A stretch of 63,272 bases of DNA, filler included, from Octopus bimaculoides (taxonomy: Eukaryota), in the NCBI RefSeq assembly GCF_001194135.2. It is 4 parts of 3 records of this genome, joined end to end, with 100 filler letters (N's around TTAATTAATTAA, not from the genome) between each part and the next. Parts side by side here need not be neighbours in the genome. Positions count along the whole stretch, not along the records: positions 34,086 to 63,272 come from NC_068988.1; 3 more parts are not named here. One strand, 5' to 3'. Shown here one piece after another: positions 39,641 to 52,889 of the stretch; positions within the stretch are counted from its first letter, which is position 1; every line of letters begins with the position of its first letter. The position numbers were made by a program, and so were the translations under genes. The notes beneath the pieces were generated by a model, which was not told the DNA's origin, did no database searches, and saw nothing but the letters and a program-made list of their open reading frames with translations.

Positions 39641-40017
39641 GAAGTGGCTATGTGGTAAGTAGCTTGCTTACCCACCACATGGTTCCGGGTTCAGTCCCAC
39701 TGCGTGGCATCTTGGGCAAGTGTCTTCTACTATAGCCTTGGGCTGACTAAAGCCTTGTGAGTGGATTTGGTAGATGGAAACTGAAAGAAGCCTGTCGTAT
39801 ATATGTATATATATGTGTGTGTTTGTCCCCCTAGCATTACTTGACAACCGATGCTGGTGTGTTTATGTCTCCGTCACTTAGCATTCGGCAAAAGAGACCG
39901 ATAGAATAAGTACTAGGATTACAAAGAATAAGTCCTGAGGTTGATTTGCTCGACTGAAGGCAGTGCTCCAGCATGGCCATAGTCAAATGATTGAAACAAG
40001 TAAAAGAGTAAAAGAGC
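39641..40017 (+). mobile_element. S1 SINE inserted into an RTE remnant
   Basis: Near-complete S1 copy between RTE 3'UTR (left) and RTE ORF end (right). Confidence 0.85.
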
Positions 40018-40029
40018 ATGTCTACAGAA

Positions 40030-40160
40030 GCACTGCAAATTGGCAAATGTCTTGGTTCCTTGTCATCTCTTCAGTAAGGCTCAAAACCTGAATATCCCTC
40101 CTCACCACATTGTCCCATGTCTTCCTGGGTCTCCCTTTCTCACAAGTTCCCTCCACAGTT
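40030..40160 (-). mobile_element. RTE ORF C-terminal fragment
   Basis: LTVEGTCEKGRPRKTWDNVVRRDIQVLSLTEEMT, homologous to LTVEGTRGRSWPRKTWAEVVRQDL at 42780-42850. Confidence 0.75.
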
Positions 40161-41223
40161 AGAAATCAGCAGTCCTATGTTAAAAAGCATTAGAATGTGA
40201 AAATTACTTTATTTGTAATTATCTATATATAAATTTTAAAACTTTTTAGTGATGTTTTACTGATATTATTTCAACTTAGTGTTTCAGTTTCAGATTTTGA
40301 TAAATGGCAGTTACACACGGTCAATTTGGTAGAATGTTATTTTACTAGCTGAAAGGGTTACAGTTTCTATTTTGTAATCTGTCATGGACAAATTCTCAAT
40401 CGTCAAAACAGAGATAAATTGCACTGATAAAGGTTATACAGTTATCTATTGAAAAAACAAAAATGAAGACAGTTCATAAATAATATTTTTACTTTGGTTA
40501 CAAACATTTTGTTATCAAAGTAAAAATATCAAGAATACTGTAAATGAAGTAAAATATTTATAATAGAAAATAGCCTCTAGGCAGACGACATTGACATTTT
40601 TTGCTCAGAAATATTCTGCTGTTATCCATGGGCAAAATGTTTCACTCCAGTGTTACAACATATGTAAACAGAGGTACACTGTAAGATATGGTATAGCATT
40701 AGAGTAGGAAAAATTTTTTTATTATTAATAGTTTGTAGTGTTGATATTGAATTCTGTCTTGGTGATATCTTTAAAAAACCTAGATAAACTACAGAAACAC
40801 AAAATGTTCAGTGGAATTCAATCAACTTACTGGGTTTTGGAAATCACTGTCACCATTTTCTAAATGGTGGCAGTAACTATAGTTTAGATTAACTTCATAT
40901 ATAACTTAGAAAGGATATGAAACACTTCCTTTAAGAATCTTAAGAATGTATATTCTTGGATGTATGGGTTATCTGTATATCTATAATTCTATTAATCATT
41001 TACACACATCCACACACACACATGCACAGATATATAAATGTAAATATACCTATGCATATATATATATAAATATATATATTTACCTGTAAAATTTCTGTCA
41101 TATAAGCATTCAATATAATTATTCTATGTACATCAGTAAAATATGTAAGCTTTCACACACTTACACACACACCTTGATACATAAAAGTGTATGAATGGGA
41201 TCACACACAGAAGTGTGTGTGCA

Positions 41224-41298
<75 letters not shown>

Positions 41299-41393
41299 GT
41301 ATACATATATACATATATGCATACATATGAATACATGCAAGTATATGCATATGTATATTTATATATGAATACATACGAGTATATGCATATCTA

Positions 41394-41444
<51 letters not shown>

Positions 41445-42451
41445 GTGTATATGTGTACGTATGTTTTCGTTAAGCTGTATATGTGTGCATGTGAGTGTTT
41501 GTTCCAAGCAATGGCATACACAAATGCATAAATGCCTATATGATAACAAAGAAAATTATAAAACAAAAACCAGTAAGGAAGTAAAAAAACAATACCAAAA
41601 AATGCAAGGCCATCAAAAAGGAAAACAGTATTTCTAAGATTGGAAACAATTTTTATAAAACAAGCCAATGTATATATTGGTTATAAATGATAGATCCATG
41701 TGATATCTCACTTATGAACATAAGAAAGTATCCAGGATTATATGGCACCTTATATGTTCTCAGGTGGATTCAGCAGATTTCTATTAACAGAAATAGTTTT
41801 AGTATCTGTGTTTTGCAGATGTATGTATGTGTATGTGTGTGAATATGTATATTTTATATTATATATATATAATATATATGTTTGTATATATGTAAATATG
41901 TATGTATATACGTGTATATATANNNNNNNNNNNNNNNNNNNNNNNNNNNNNNNNNNNNNNNNNNNNNNNNNNNNNNNNNNNNNNNNNNNNNNNNNNNNNN
42001 NNNNNNNNNNNNNNNNNNNNNNNNNNNNNNNNNNNNNNNNNNNNNNNNNNNNNNNNNNNNNNNNNNNNNNNNNNNNNNNNNNNNNNNNNNNNNNNNNNNN
42101 NNNNNNNNNNNNNNNNNNNNNNNNNNNNNNNNNNNNNNNNNNNNNNNNNNNNNNNNNNNNNNNNNNNNNNNNNNNNNNNNNNNNNNNNNNNNNNNNNNNN
42201 NNNNNNNNNNNNNNNNNNNNNNNNNNNNNNNNNNNNNNNNNNNNNNNNNNNNNNNNNNNNNNNNNNNNNNNNNNNNNNNNNNNNNNNNNNNNNNNNNNNN
42301 NNNNNNNNNNNNNNNNNNNNNNNNNNNNNNNNNNNNNNNNNNNNNNNNNNNNNNNNNNNNNNNNNNNNNNNNNNNNNNNNNNNNNNNNNNNNNNNNNNNN
42401 TATATATATATATATATATTTTTACAAACATCTATGTATTTATATATGCAT

Positions 42452-43313
42452 AGAGCTCTTACCTCTGCTGGCGACAAAGGGACTCTCACTCAGAGTAAAA
42501 GGCAGACTGTATGACGCATGTGTACGAACAGCCATGCTACATGGCAGTGAAACATGGGCTGTAACTGCTGAGGACATACGTAAGCTCACAAGGAATGAAG
42601 CCAGTATGCTCCGTTGGATGTGTAATGTCAATGTGAATACCCGTCAGAGTGTAAGTATCTTGAGAGAAAATCTGAACATTAGAAGCTTCAGTTGTGGTGT
42701 GCAAGAGAGACGATTGCGCTGGTATGAACATGTGGTGAGAATGGATGAGGATAGCTGCGTGAAAACGTGCCACATCCTAACAGTTGAGGGAACCCGTGGA
42801 AGAAGTTGGCCCAGGAAGACCTGGGCTGAGGTGGTGAGGCAAGACCTTCGTACATTGGGCCTCACCGATGCGATGACTACTGACCGAGACCTTTGGAAAT
42901 GTGCTGTGCGTGAGAAGACCCGGCAAGCCAAGTAAGATCGTTGCCAGTGCCCCTGGACTGGCTCTTGTGCGGGTGGCACATAAAAAACACCATTTCGAGC
43001 GTGGCCGTTGCCAGTATCGCCTGACTGGCCTTCGTGCAGGTGACACGTAAAAGCACCTANNNNNNNNNNAAAAAACACCATTTCGAGCGTGGCCGTTGCC
43101 AGTATCGCCTGACTGGCCTTCGTGCAGGTGACACGTAAAAGCACCTACTACACTCTCTGAGTGGTTGGCGTTAGGAAGGGCATCCAGCTGTAGAAACTCT
43201 GCCAAATTTAGATTGGATCCTGGTGTTTCCATCCGGTTTCACCAGTCCTCAGTCAAGTCGTCCAACCCATGCTAGCATGGAAAGCGGACGTTAAACGATG
43301 ATGATGATGATGA
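42452..43313 (+). mobile_element. RTE-clade LINE 3' end (ORF C-terminus, 3'UTR, (GAT)n tail)
   Basis: KGRLYDACVRTAMLHGSETW..MLRWMC..RRLRWYEHVVRM..RKTWAEVVRQDL; stop at 42935; ends GGACGTTAAAC(GAT)n. Confidence 0.9.
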
Positions 43314-45575
43314 TATATATTAACATTGCTTTCGACCACACTATCCTCACACTCCCCAGCTCTGTCATCTACAAACCCACATACTCTAAGCGCTACCTTG
43401 AATTCTCCTTGCATTCACCCACTTGAAGTTCTCTGTCTTGTCTTCTGAATTCCTCTGTTGGCAGTGCCTCTATAGCAGTACGTACAATTTCAAGATGCAT
43501 GCTCTAAACATGTCTCAATCTTACATTTTACTTGCTTGCCCGCCCACTCTCATCCAATGTGCCCATCCCATCCTGTGCTGTTTACTGCCCTCAGCTGTTA
43601 CAACATGCACATGTAATTTCATGTAATGCATTCTCCTTTCCTTGACCTACCACCCCACTACCTTGCCTTTACAGCACACCATCCTCTGTCTTTTCCGCTA
43701 CTAACACTCCGACTCTTGCACATCCTGCTTCTTCCCTCTTTCATCTATTACTTTCTTTAAACATATTTGCTACCATTGCAATATCCTTGTCCATAGCTCT
43801 TCTTTCAGCACAAGCCATCGTTCTCATGGTACCCTCCTTGATCCTGTCCTTACAGCCTTTCCTTTCTAACACTATCAATCTTATCAGCTTCAGCCACCAA
43901 ATCTTGCACGTTAAAGATTCCTCTAGGAAACTGATTTATGCACTCCAGTGTTCCTCCTGAAATAGTATCTACATCAATTAACTGTCTGCCAACTTGCTTA
44001 TGGAGTAACTCAGAAATATCTTGCATGACAACAGGTCACCTGCCTCTCAACACTTCCACTCCACCAACCGTTCCTTGCAAAATAACCTGGTTTTCATTGT
44101 AGCTACAACCAGCCTGTCGCCAGCCCATTGCTCTCTTCATTTCTCTTCCAATCTTTCAGTTCAAAATTTCCTCCTCAATCTTTAAAAGCTTTTCTCCCCA
44201 TCTGCTATCTCACTATACACATCTCCCTCTTCTCTCAAACTACTCCTATTCACCCCACACACACTCTCTCCATCCCCCACTAATTGTGTCACCCCACTAA
44301 TTGTTACACTCATGCATGTGTCCTCAACCCACCAACACCATTTCCACATACACCCCTCCCTGCTAACGAACCCTAACACCTTTTCGCCTCTCTTTTATAC
44401 ATTCACACCTCTCCCTTTTATTATCATGTCCACTTGACACACCCAATAACCTTATGACGGTCAACATACATAACCTCACACACCATTATATTGACATGCA
44501 TACCCATACATATCTTACTCTCCACACACATACACCTACATACACATATCACCATGAACTCACATCTTTTCTCCCTGACACATACACACTTACCTGCTTC
44601 CTTTTTTCTCTCTACACCCAGGTTGTCTGTCTGTCTCTCTTTGTTCTCTAGTGTTCCATTCTAGCAACTGATTAAGTACTATTAGTTTAGCGCCTGGTTT
44701 CTACCGTAACTTGCTTCTTTAACACATCATCATCATGCCACTACATATCACACACATTACTTGAGCAATAACATCCCAACACCTTCACTTCCATATATTC
44801 TATCAATCAACGATATGAGGGACTCTATATACGTGGTCATTCAATGCTAACCGGACTACCTTTACAAAAATTTCTGTTTGACAAAGAACTCCCCACATTC
44901 ACATACATACATGTGTGCATGTTGCACTTATATGCACACAAGCACAAGAATGCATACCCATATATATACACACACATGTACACACGTTTGTTCACTCACT
45001 CACACTCATTCCTCCTCCTACTTCCAATTTACTTGGCAACTGTGTTTTATAACTAACTTGCTAACACACATACACACTCCCATCATCTACATTATTTTCT
45101 ATTTTCTCTTCACTATTCTGTCTAAAGACAGGCACTTTTCTACCATGTGATACCTTACTCTTCGACATCATGCATTCTGACTTTGCTCTCTTCAGCTGAT
45201 TTCTCCTGATTTTCCTCCCTGCTAGACTTACTATTTCTTCCAGGATTTTCAATCAGCTGTAAAAATTAATTTTATTTTCTCTTTCTTCATTTATCAATGG
45301 TTTAACGTGCTCACACAACTACCATTAACAATTCCTCACCGTGCTATTGACATTTTCACCTTTCTGAACTTGATACCAGCTATATAACCTCTCTGGACAT
45401 TTTATCTGTATTGTGTTGAATTCACCAGCATCACCATTTAATGTCCGTGTTCCATATTTTTTCTCACCATGTTTTTTTTTAAATTTTATATCAGTGTTGT
45501 ATTGTAATTAATTTTTCTCTAATTTTCTCTAATTAGACTCTCACTTCTCACCTCTTTTGACATAAGCACCACTCC

Positions 45576-45619
<44 letters not shown>

Positions 45620-45744
45620 AAAGAGGTGAGAGCTGAGAGAGAGAAGTGAGAGTCGAATTATAGAAAATCAGAGAAAAATTAATTACAATACAACACCGAT
45701 GTAAAATTTAAGAAACCATTATATAGTTGAAATTTATAGAAAAA

Positions 45745-46111
45745 AACAAAAGATGAAGACAAGTGTATAAATAACAAGTAAGTGTATTGGTCTGACGTTC
45801 GGGAAGGCGAGAAAGTCTTTTACGTTTCGAGCCTATGCTCTTCAACAGAAAAGAACACAAGGAAATAATCAGAGAGAATAATAAACTTTTCGAGTTAGCT
45901 GTCAATCATGGCGACTGGTTGGACAAAGGTAGTTAGATAAGAGAAATAGGAAAAATGAGTGATATAAAAGTACTGGTAATTCCAAAATGTAACCAACGAA
46001 CAGGTTCGCATAGTTGGGGCTCCTTTTCATTCCTGTAGCCTCTCCCGAGATATGTTGGTAAAACTCCCCCACAAACGAGAAGCAGTTCAGGGAGAGAACA
46101 AGTTCAGCCAC
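45745..46111 (-). mobile_element. PLE remnant: RT fragment followed by pseudo-LTR
   Basis: LVLSLNCFSFVGEFYQHISGEATGMKRSPNYANLFVGY (PLE RT motif region), then sequence homologous to 2250-2390. Confidence 0.75.
45816..45853 (-). ncRNA. Minimal type I hammerhead motif (U6 variant)
   Basis: TTTT-CTGTTGA-A-GAGC/ATAG/GCTC-GAAACGT-A-AAAG on the minus strand. Confidence 0.55.
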
Positions 46112-46216
46112 ACTTATTTATACTTGGATATCTATACATACATATATATACACATGTACTTATACATCTATCTATCTAGCTAGCTAGCTCGCTTGCTATC
46201 TGTCTGTCTGTCCATC

Positions 46217-46254
<38 letters not shown>

Positions 46255-46345
46255 CACACACACACACATATATATATATGAATGACATCTTCATTCATAT
46301 ATGTATAAATATATACATACACACACATACATATATATTTCTATT

Positions 46346-46503
46346 ACACGAAGAGTGTCTGTCAATTTTTGTTTGTGAAATTCACTCAAAAGGCTTTATT
46401 CGCCCTAGAGTTATAATTGATGACACTTGCCCGTGGTCCCATGAAATGGGACTGAACCTGAAGTCATGTGGTTTGGAAGAAAAGTTCCTAGCCACACAGC
46501 TAT
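46346..46503 (-). mobile_element. Diverged S1 SINE head
   Basis: GACACTTGCCC..GGGACTGAACC..CCACACAGC matches the S1 5' region. Confidence 0.65.
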
Positions 46504-46943
46504 GTTTGCGTGCACGTGCACACACACACACACACACACTTATGTATAGAAGAGATGTTTTCTGAACTTCTTTGACATGCAACAGAATTCTTTCATACAG
46601 TAGAGAGAAAAAAGTATGTCAAAAATTAAATATAGTGCTATAACAATTGGTAACATGTGTGATGGCAGCTCAGGTTAAGAAAAAATATCACAAAGAAATA
46701 CAGTAATTAATAAGTAACTTGTATATATAAACACAAACAGATGAATAGGTAGGTATTAGGTAGGTATTTGTGATAAATGAATAGGAAATAGAATGTTGGA
46801 ATAGAATATACAGGTAAATCTATGAAGTTAGACATACAGATGGTAAAAGAAAGTTGAACGAGTGCAAAAGATTCTTGTGTATTTCAATGCGTGCTTGTTT
46901 GTGTGTGGGTGTGATTACATAACAGATTAAGTTTTTGTATGCA

Positions 46944-47009
<66 letters not shown>

Positions 47010-47066
47010 TACATATATATATGTATATATGTGTATATATATGTATATACATATACATATATCCAT

Positions 47067-47140
<74 letters not shown>

Positions 47141-47667
47141 TCTGTGTCGGCGCATGTTCGTTTTATTGGAGGAGGTACATAAATGCATCAGTCTGTTTTG
47201 TTTGTGATATATTTATATTTATGTTGCTTTTGTAGAATTCTTTAGTTTTTAAAAATATTTTTCTGTATGAAATTGCTAAAGAAAAGCAGAATACTCTGTC
47301 TGTATGTTTATGTGAGAAAATTAGCCTCTACGTGTGGAATCTTGGTGTTTGTATGGTTCTAAATATGGCCACGTTCACTTATGTGCTAGTATGAGTCTAT
47401 AGGTGTACATGCACAATTGTGTGTTTGTGTGTATATACATACATCTATTATCATAATGCTATGTCCATTTCACCAAGCTTGTACGCGTCATATGCATCTT
47501 TTTCAGCACTACAACTTGGATATACAAATATATGTGAAGTTAGGAAATAAAAAATTGGTGTTCAGATTGTGACATCACCATTTGAGGTAAAGTCTATCCC
47601 AATACTGTTTTTAGTCTTCTCTAGTCCAGTGATTTGCAAACTGTATGTGTGTGTGTGTGTGTGTGTG

Positions 47668-47746
<79 letters not shown>

Positions 47747-48277
47747 CTTTCTCCCGCCTACCCAATGAAATACATATAAATTTACTTCTTATTTCTATAA
47801 GAACAGACAAACTTCCTGTTGACAAAGAGTCCAGAACTCCAACTAAAGAGTTTAAAACCCACAGAATTGTCTTCCCTTACACACACTTCCTGTTTTGACA
47901 CCACACTTCCTACTTAACACATAAACTTTTAGCCCCTCTCTCGTAAACACAACTTTTAATTCCATGCATCCTACTCTTTCTAACAATAATCTACATGGAT
48001 TACCATTGAACTTTAAAAGCTCAAAGACAATATAATGTATTGGTATATTCATTCTTTTATACATTATTTTTTTGCAAACAACATTTTCATTCTCCCTCGT
48101 TTTGAAAATTTGCCATGCAATGAAAGCCGGTTAGAAATCCTTTTGAAATCCTTTGCAATCCTCCTTATACACATCTATACTAAAATATGCTTTCAGTTTA
48201 GCATTATGCCTTATTATTATTTTTTACTTTCCTATTATTTCTCCACGTGCGGCTAACACAACCCCACAATTTACTGA

Positions 48278-48313
<36 letters not shown>

Positions 48314-48664
48314 TATGTATATATATATTATATTTTCAGAGAATGATCGTAAAGCGTTTAGCTGCATCATTGACTTGTCAAACTCAAAAGGCTTGAGGCA
48401 CATAACCTCTCTATCACTGGAGGGAGGAAAACGTCATGGTCAGTTAATTTTGTGAACAAAAATATTCCAGAACGAAACTCTAATGGTAAAACCTTGGGAA
48501 GAGTATATTCACGATCTCTGCTAGAGCCATCTGAAGCCGATAGCATTTCCTTAGTCGTCAAGTCGGGAATTCCGAGTTTCCAGCACGAGTTTCATCTGAT
48601 GAGGGCACTGAATAAACATACCTACCTCTTTTAAATGCCATACGTAGCTAGCCAGAGACGTGAC

Positions 48665-48892
48665 GTTTAACCTCATTCCTTCTAGCAATAGACATAAGGC
48701 CTGAAATTTTGAAGGAGAGGACTAGTCGATTATATAAGTACCACTGCTTGACTGGTACTTGCTTCAGTGACCCCAAAAAGCATAAAAGGCAAAGTTGACT
48801 TGGCAGAATATGTACTCAGAATGTAAAGACAATTGAAATACTGCTAAGTATTTTGTCTGGAATACTAACGATTCTGCCAACTTGGTACCTTA
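48665..48892 (-). mobile_element. SINE family S3, diverged
   Basis: GACTGGTACTT..GACCCC..AAAGGCAAAGT..ACTCAGAATGTAAAGACA; homologous to 61513-61654 and 62790-62876. Confidence 0.7.
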
Positions 48893-49835
48893 CATACATG
48901 TATACATACATACCTGTTCTTGTGAAGTTTCAAATTTTTTTATGAATAACCATGCCTTGATATTTCACATCGTCAATGATTTTAAGGATCTAGATAGTCT
49001 TTTCTTGAATATGAGTTATTTGGATTACTTGAGGAATTACATTTATCTTCATTCAAGATAAATTATCATTATTTAGACCAAAACCTTGCTTATTTAAATC
49101 CTCTTGAAGCATCTTACTATATATACATCCAAAGTCTTTGATCTATAGCCAAGGATTAGAAAATTGTGAGACTTATGGGAGAAGTATAATGTATCTTTGT
49201 ATACAAAATTGTGTACGAATTTAGTATACATTTTTCAACAGGTGTATATCTACATATAGTTTTAGTTATATCACTTTGTCCATTTCTACATATCTCTGGC
49301 ATTCGTATATAAGGAAAACTGTATTTATTGTTCAACATGATTCGCTCTTCTGGCATTTTTCATATTCTTTTATAAAAACCATTCACTTTTATAAACGTAT
49401 TTGCTTATATTTATGTGCATGTATTTGCATGTGTTTGAGTGTACAAGCAGAAGAAAAAACATACGATACATGTGAAGTTTATTTATTCATTCCAAGCTGA
49501 TAATACATTATTTTTGGTTATTTATTTTTGTGATATGACAAGTCTTCTATCTCTTCATGCTTCTTTATCACATGAATGAAGTATTTAAAGGTAGGAAACT
49601 TGGAGTAGCAATGGTGTGAATCAGAAGCTTAAAATGTTTGCGTTGATATCTATATCAATCCATCTATATATATGTATATACTCATAAAAATATTTTTTTT
49701 TTTTACATGCCACTCTATACTGATATACATACATGTGTGTGCATATATGTACATATAAAATATAATATAAGAAATATATATATGTAAAGTATATGTAATA
49801 TATAAACATACATAATCATACACACACACACAATT

Positions 49836-50042
49836 GGGTGCTGAAAAGTTCCTGGCTTTGGGGAGGACAAAATGCAGGAGGTTTAGTTAATTATGATTTT
49901 ATTCAAAATATTCACCTCTCAGATTCACGTACTTATTGTAGTGGTCCTTCAGTTTTTCTAAGTCCTGTAAAGGAACTCAGAAGTTTAGGACACCAACTAG
50001 GCCTTTTGTGCAACCCTTAAAGCCAGAAACTCTTCAGTACTC
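49836..50042. mobile_element. Mariner-type MITE, copy 2
   Basis: GGGTGCTGAAAAGTTCCTGGCTTT ... AAAGCCAGAAACTCTTCAGTAC; matches copy 1. Confidence 0.8.
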
Positions 50043-50062
50043 ACTCACACACACACACACAT

Positions 50063-50119
<57 letters not shown>

Positions 50120-50145
50120 CATAAATATCATGTATATATATTTTT

Positions 50146-50337
50146 ATGCAGTTAGGTATATGTCATAGAGTGACCAATGATCTTGCATCCATAAAGCGCA
50201 TAGCTTTATGGATGACTCATCAGTCTTTATGGAGGACTTGCCAGAGATTAGAGTTTGATAAGTCATCCATAAAATTATGTGCTCTATGGATGCGAAACCA
50301 TTGGTCAGTCTATGACTGGACATGTATTTAACTGCAT
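50146..50337. repeat. ~190-bp fold-back palindrome (probable MITE)
   Basis: Left arm ATGCAGTTA..TGTCATAGA.TGACCAATG..GCATCCATA..TTTATGGATGACT pairs with right arm AGTCATCCATAAA..TATGGATGC..CATTGGTCA.TCTATGAC..TAACTGCAT. Confidence 0.85.
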
Positions 50338-50559
50338 GTAAATACATTAATGCTCTATATTTTAGAGTGTGCTTCTTTTACGGTTATATGATACACCGAC
50401 GACATATACTGTATATGTATGTGCGTGTGCATCAATAGATTGATAGATCGATAGATACAAAAATATATACATACATACAACTTTGTTAGAAACTAGCTCC
50501 CTCAGTGGAAGATTTATAATCAAAAAATAGAAGTGACATATATATTATTAAAATTTACA

Positions 50560-50700
50560 GAAAGCAAAAGACAAAGACAGGTGTAGGAACAACAAGCAGG
50601 TGTATTAGTTTAATGCTTGGGGAGAATGGAAAAGCCTTTTACGTTTCGAGCCTTCGCTCTTCGACAGAAAGGATTAAGAGGAACAAAAAAGGAGAGAGAG
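50560..50700 (-). mobile_element. PLE-associated pseudo-LTR fragment
   Basis: Homologous to 2250-2390 and 45745-45880. Confidence 0.6.
50635..50672 (-). ncRNA. Minimal type I hammerhead motif (U6 variant), best-preserved copy
   Basis: CCTTT-CTGTCGA-A-GAGC/GAAG/GCTC-GAAACGT-A-AAAGG: 5-bp stem I, 4-bp stem II, palindromic ACGT stem III, GUA cleavage triplet. Confidence 0.6.
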
Positions 50701-52889
50701 AATGAAAAAAAATTAAAACGGAGAGAAAACAAATTTTAGGGATTAACAGGACAACATGACGAAATAGCCAGAAGGCTGAATGAAAGGGAAATAGTTACGG
50801 TGACCCGGCCGAGTTAATTTATTTTCCTGCACGTGTGAAAATGGTGTGTGTGTGTGTGTGTGTGAATATGTGTGAGCGAGCTGAAAAATATATGGACCTG
50901 CGTTGTTTGTAAGCGGCCCAGTGCATACATTAAATGTGCGGTTGTCATGTGTATGTGCAAATCCATTGGCTTGGGTATGTGTATAATGGTCTGGGAAGTG
51001 AGTCATGAGTTGAACAGTGTTTATGGGTGTTTGTATAGTGGTGTGAGTGTGATGAGGGTACTGAAGTAGGCGGTAAGCAGGTGTATAGGTGGAGGGTAGA
51101 GACAGGTGAATATGGGAGGTGTGTGAGAATCTGTGTGAGGTGAGGTCAGAGGAAGAGAAGTAGTAAGTTGAGTCCATAGGGCACAAAAGAACGAAGGGAG
51201 AAGATTAATTCTTGTTCATAATGAAAGCGAGAGTCCAGGCGACCCCTGTGCAGAGACAGTCCAAACACAGACGCACACACATATACACACTCATACGTGC
51301 ACACACACATATGTATGCATATATATATATATATATATATATAGCAATAATTTTAACGATGCAGAACATGGAGATTTGTTCATCCTCAAAATTTATTTTC
51401 TCCTATTTCACAATTTTATACATCATATGATATATCCCTCCAAACTCACATTTGTACACACACACATAGATATATGATATACATAGGCATGACTGTTGGA
51501 CTTGTTAGTTCATTTGCAATCATTTGGTCTCAGAGTTAATCAAACTGTATGCTACCTTGAGCATATGTCTTCTATAATTCCAGTCCAAACTAAGCCAAGT
51601 GATGACGTTTATTTGTAATCTTGCTGGGTATTCTATTATTTGTGTCTAAAGGAAACGAAGAAATATCATCTTGCATGAAAACCGATGAGTGTTGGCAACA
51701 GGAAGGGTATGTGAAAATGGAAGCTCTGTTTGAAGGAATTTTGTCTGACACGTGTAAACGTAGAAAAGTGAATATGCAGATGATTCTAGAAAAGACATGT
51801 ATTCATGCACGCACGTGTGCGCGCGTGGATACACACACACATATGTACATATACTTGCACACAGTCTGATCCATGCAAGCATGAATATGTCAATATTACA
51901 ACAATGATAATGTATGTGTGTGCGTGCGTGTGTGTGTATATTAACATTTGGTTTTATCTGTAATTATGTATAAAAACAATTTAACATTAAACTGAAAGAT
52001 TACTCAATACATTTTAGTTGAGTACATATTTATTATGACTGCAAATAAGCTGAAACTTCAAAAACACTGTCAACCTTAACTTTGTAAAAACTGATGTGTA
52101 AGTGTATGTGAGAGAGTAAACATGCATCTATTGATACACAAATATACTAACGTCTGTCACCAAATGAAAATAACTCTACAAAGCTAGGGATGTGAACATC
52201 AAAGTCAATTAAGATGTTATTAGACCAATGACAAGTTTTCCAATTAAGTGAAACTCATTGCACAAACGACATAAATGAATATAAATTTCTACATTCTAAT
52301 GCCTTTATGACACTTGCAAATGTCCTAATTTAATGCAAGTTACAGACACCTCAATGTAAACAGATTGTTTACAAAATGTTATTAAATACAACACGCTAAC
52401 TATGTATTATGTAGGATACTGTATCGGAAAAATCTTTTGCTTCTTTCTCCCTGATTTTAGTCATTAGACTGCAGCCCTGCTGGAGTTTAATGAAAGTTGA
52501 TTTGCTTGGCGAATTTCTCATCAGTGACCGCGCCATAACACTAACATATAATTAAGTGACGAATAACACGTGTCTCATCGTTATAAATCATAACTTTTCA
52601 AATTCACCGCGCAAGCGCAGTTTCAGTTTGCAGTAAATGAATATATGCCGAACTAATCTTCTAAAAGTTGCTAAAAACATATGCGTAAAATATAGGGTAG
52701 CGCGTCTTTTTAGAAATTTCACTAACAGTGGTCTAGCATGTATAAAAAGTCAATAGACAACATATTCTCAATATAAAATAGTATACATTTAAACAATTAA
52801 TCTTTCCTTTTGAAGATTGCTCTTAAATGTAGTTTTGGTCATTTTGACTACTTCTTCTAGCGTGTAAAACTGCTTGTAGAAGGCAGTTT

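Noticed and set aside
41742-42935. 397-aa ORF
   Set aside because: Mostly N gap and (TA)n; the real part is a LINE C-terminus.
42982-43147. Exact 78-bp direct repeat flanking a 10-N gap
   Set aside because: Typical unmerged contig overlap; cannot be distinguished from a true UTR repeat without reads.
43330-45460. Pyrimidine-biased, coding-looking decayed sequence, possibly LINE ORF1 on the minus strand; includes a CAG/GTAAGT donor near 44590
   Set aside because: No motif I could confirm; too degraded to call.
47810-47912. Three ACTTCCT (ETS-like) motifs
   Set aside because: Short motifs without other promoter evidence.
48597-48625. CTGATGAGGGCAC hammerhead-like start (also CTGATGA at 21958 and 23448)
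   Set aside because: No downstream stem II closure plus GAAA.
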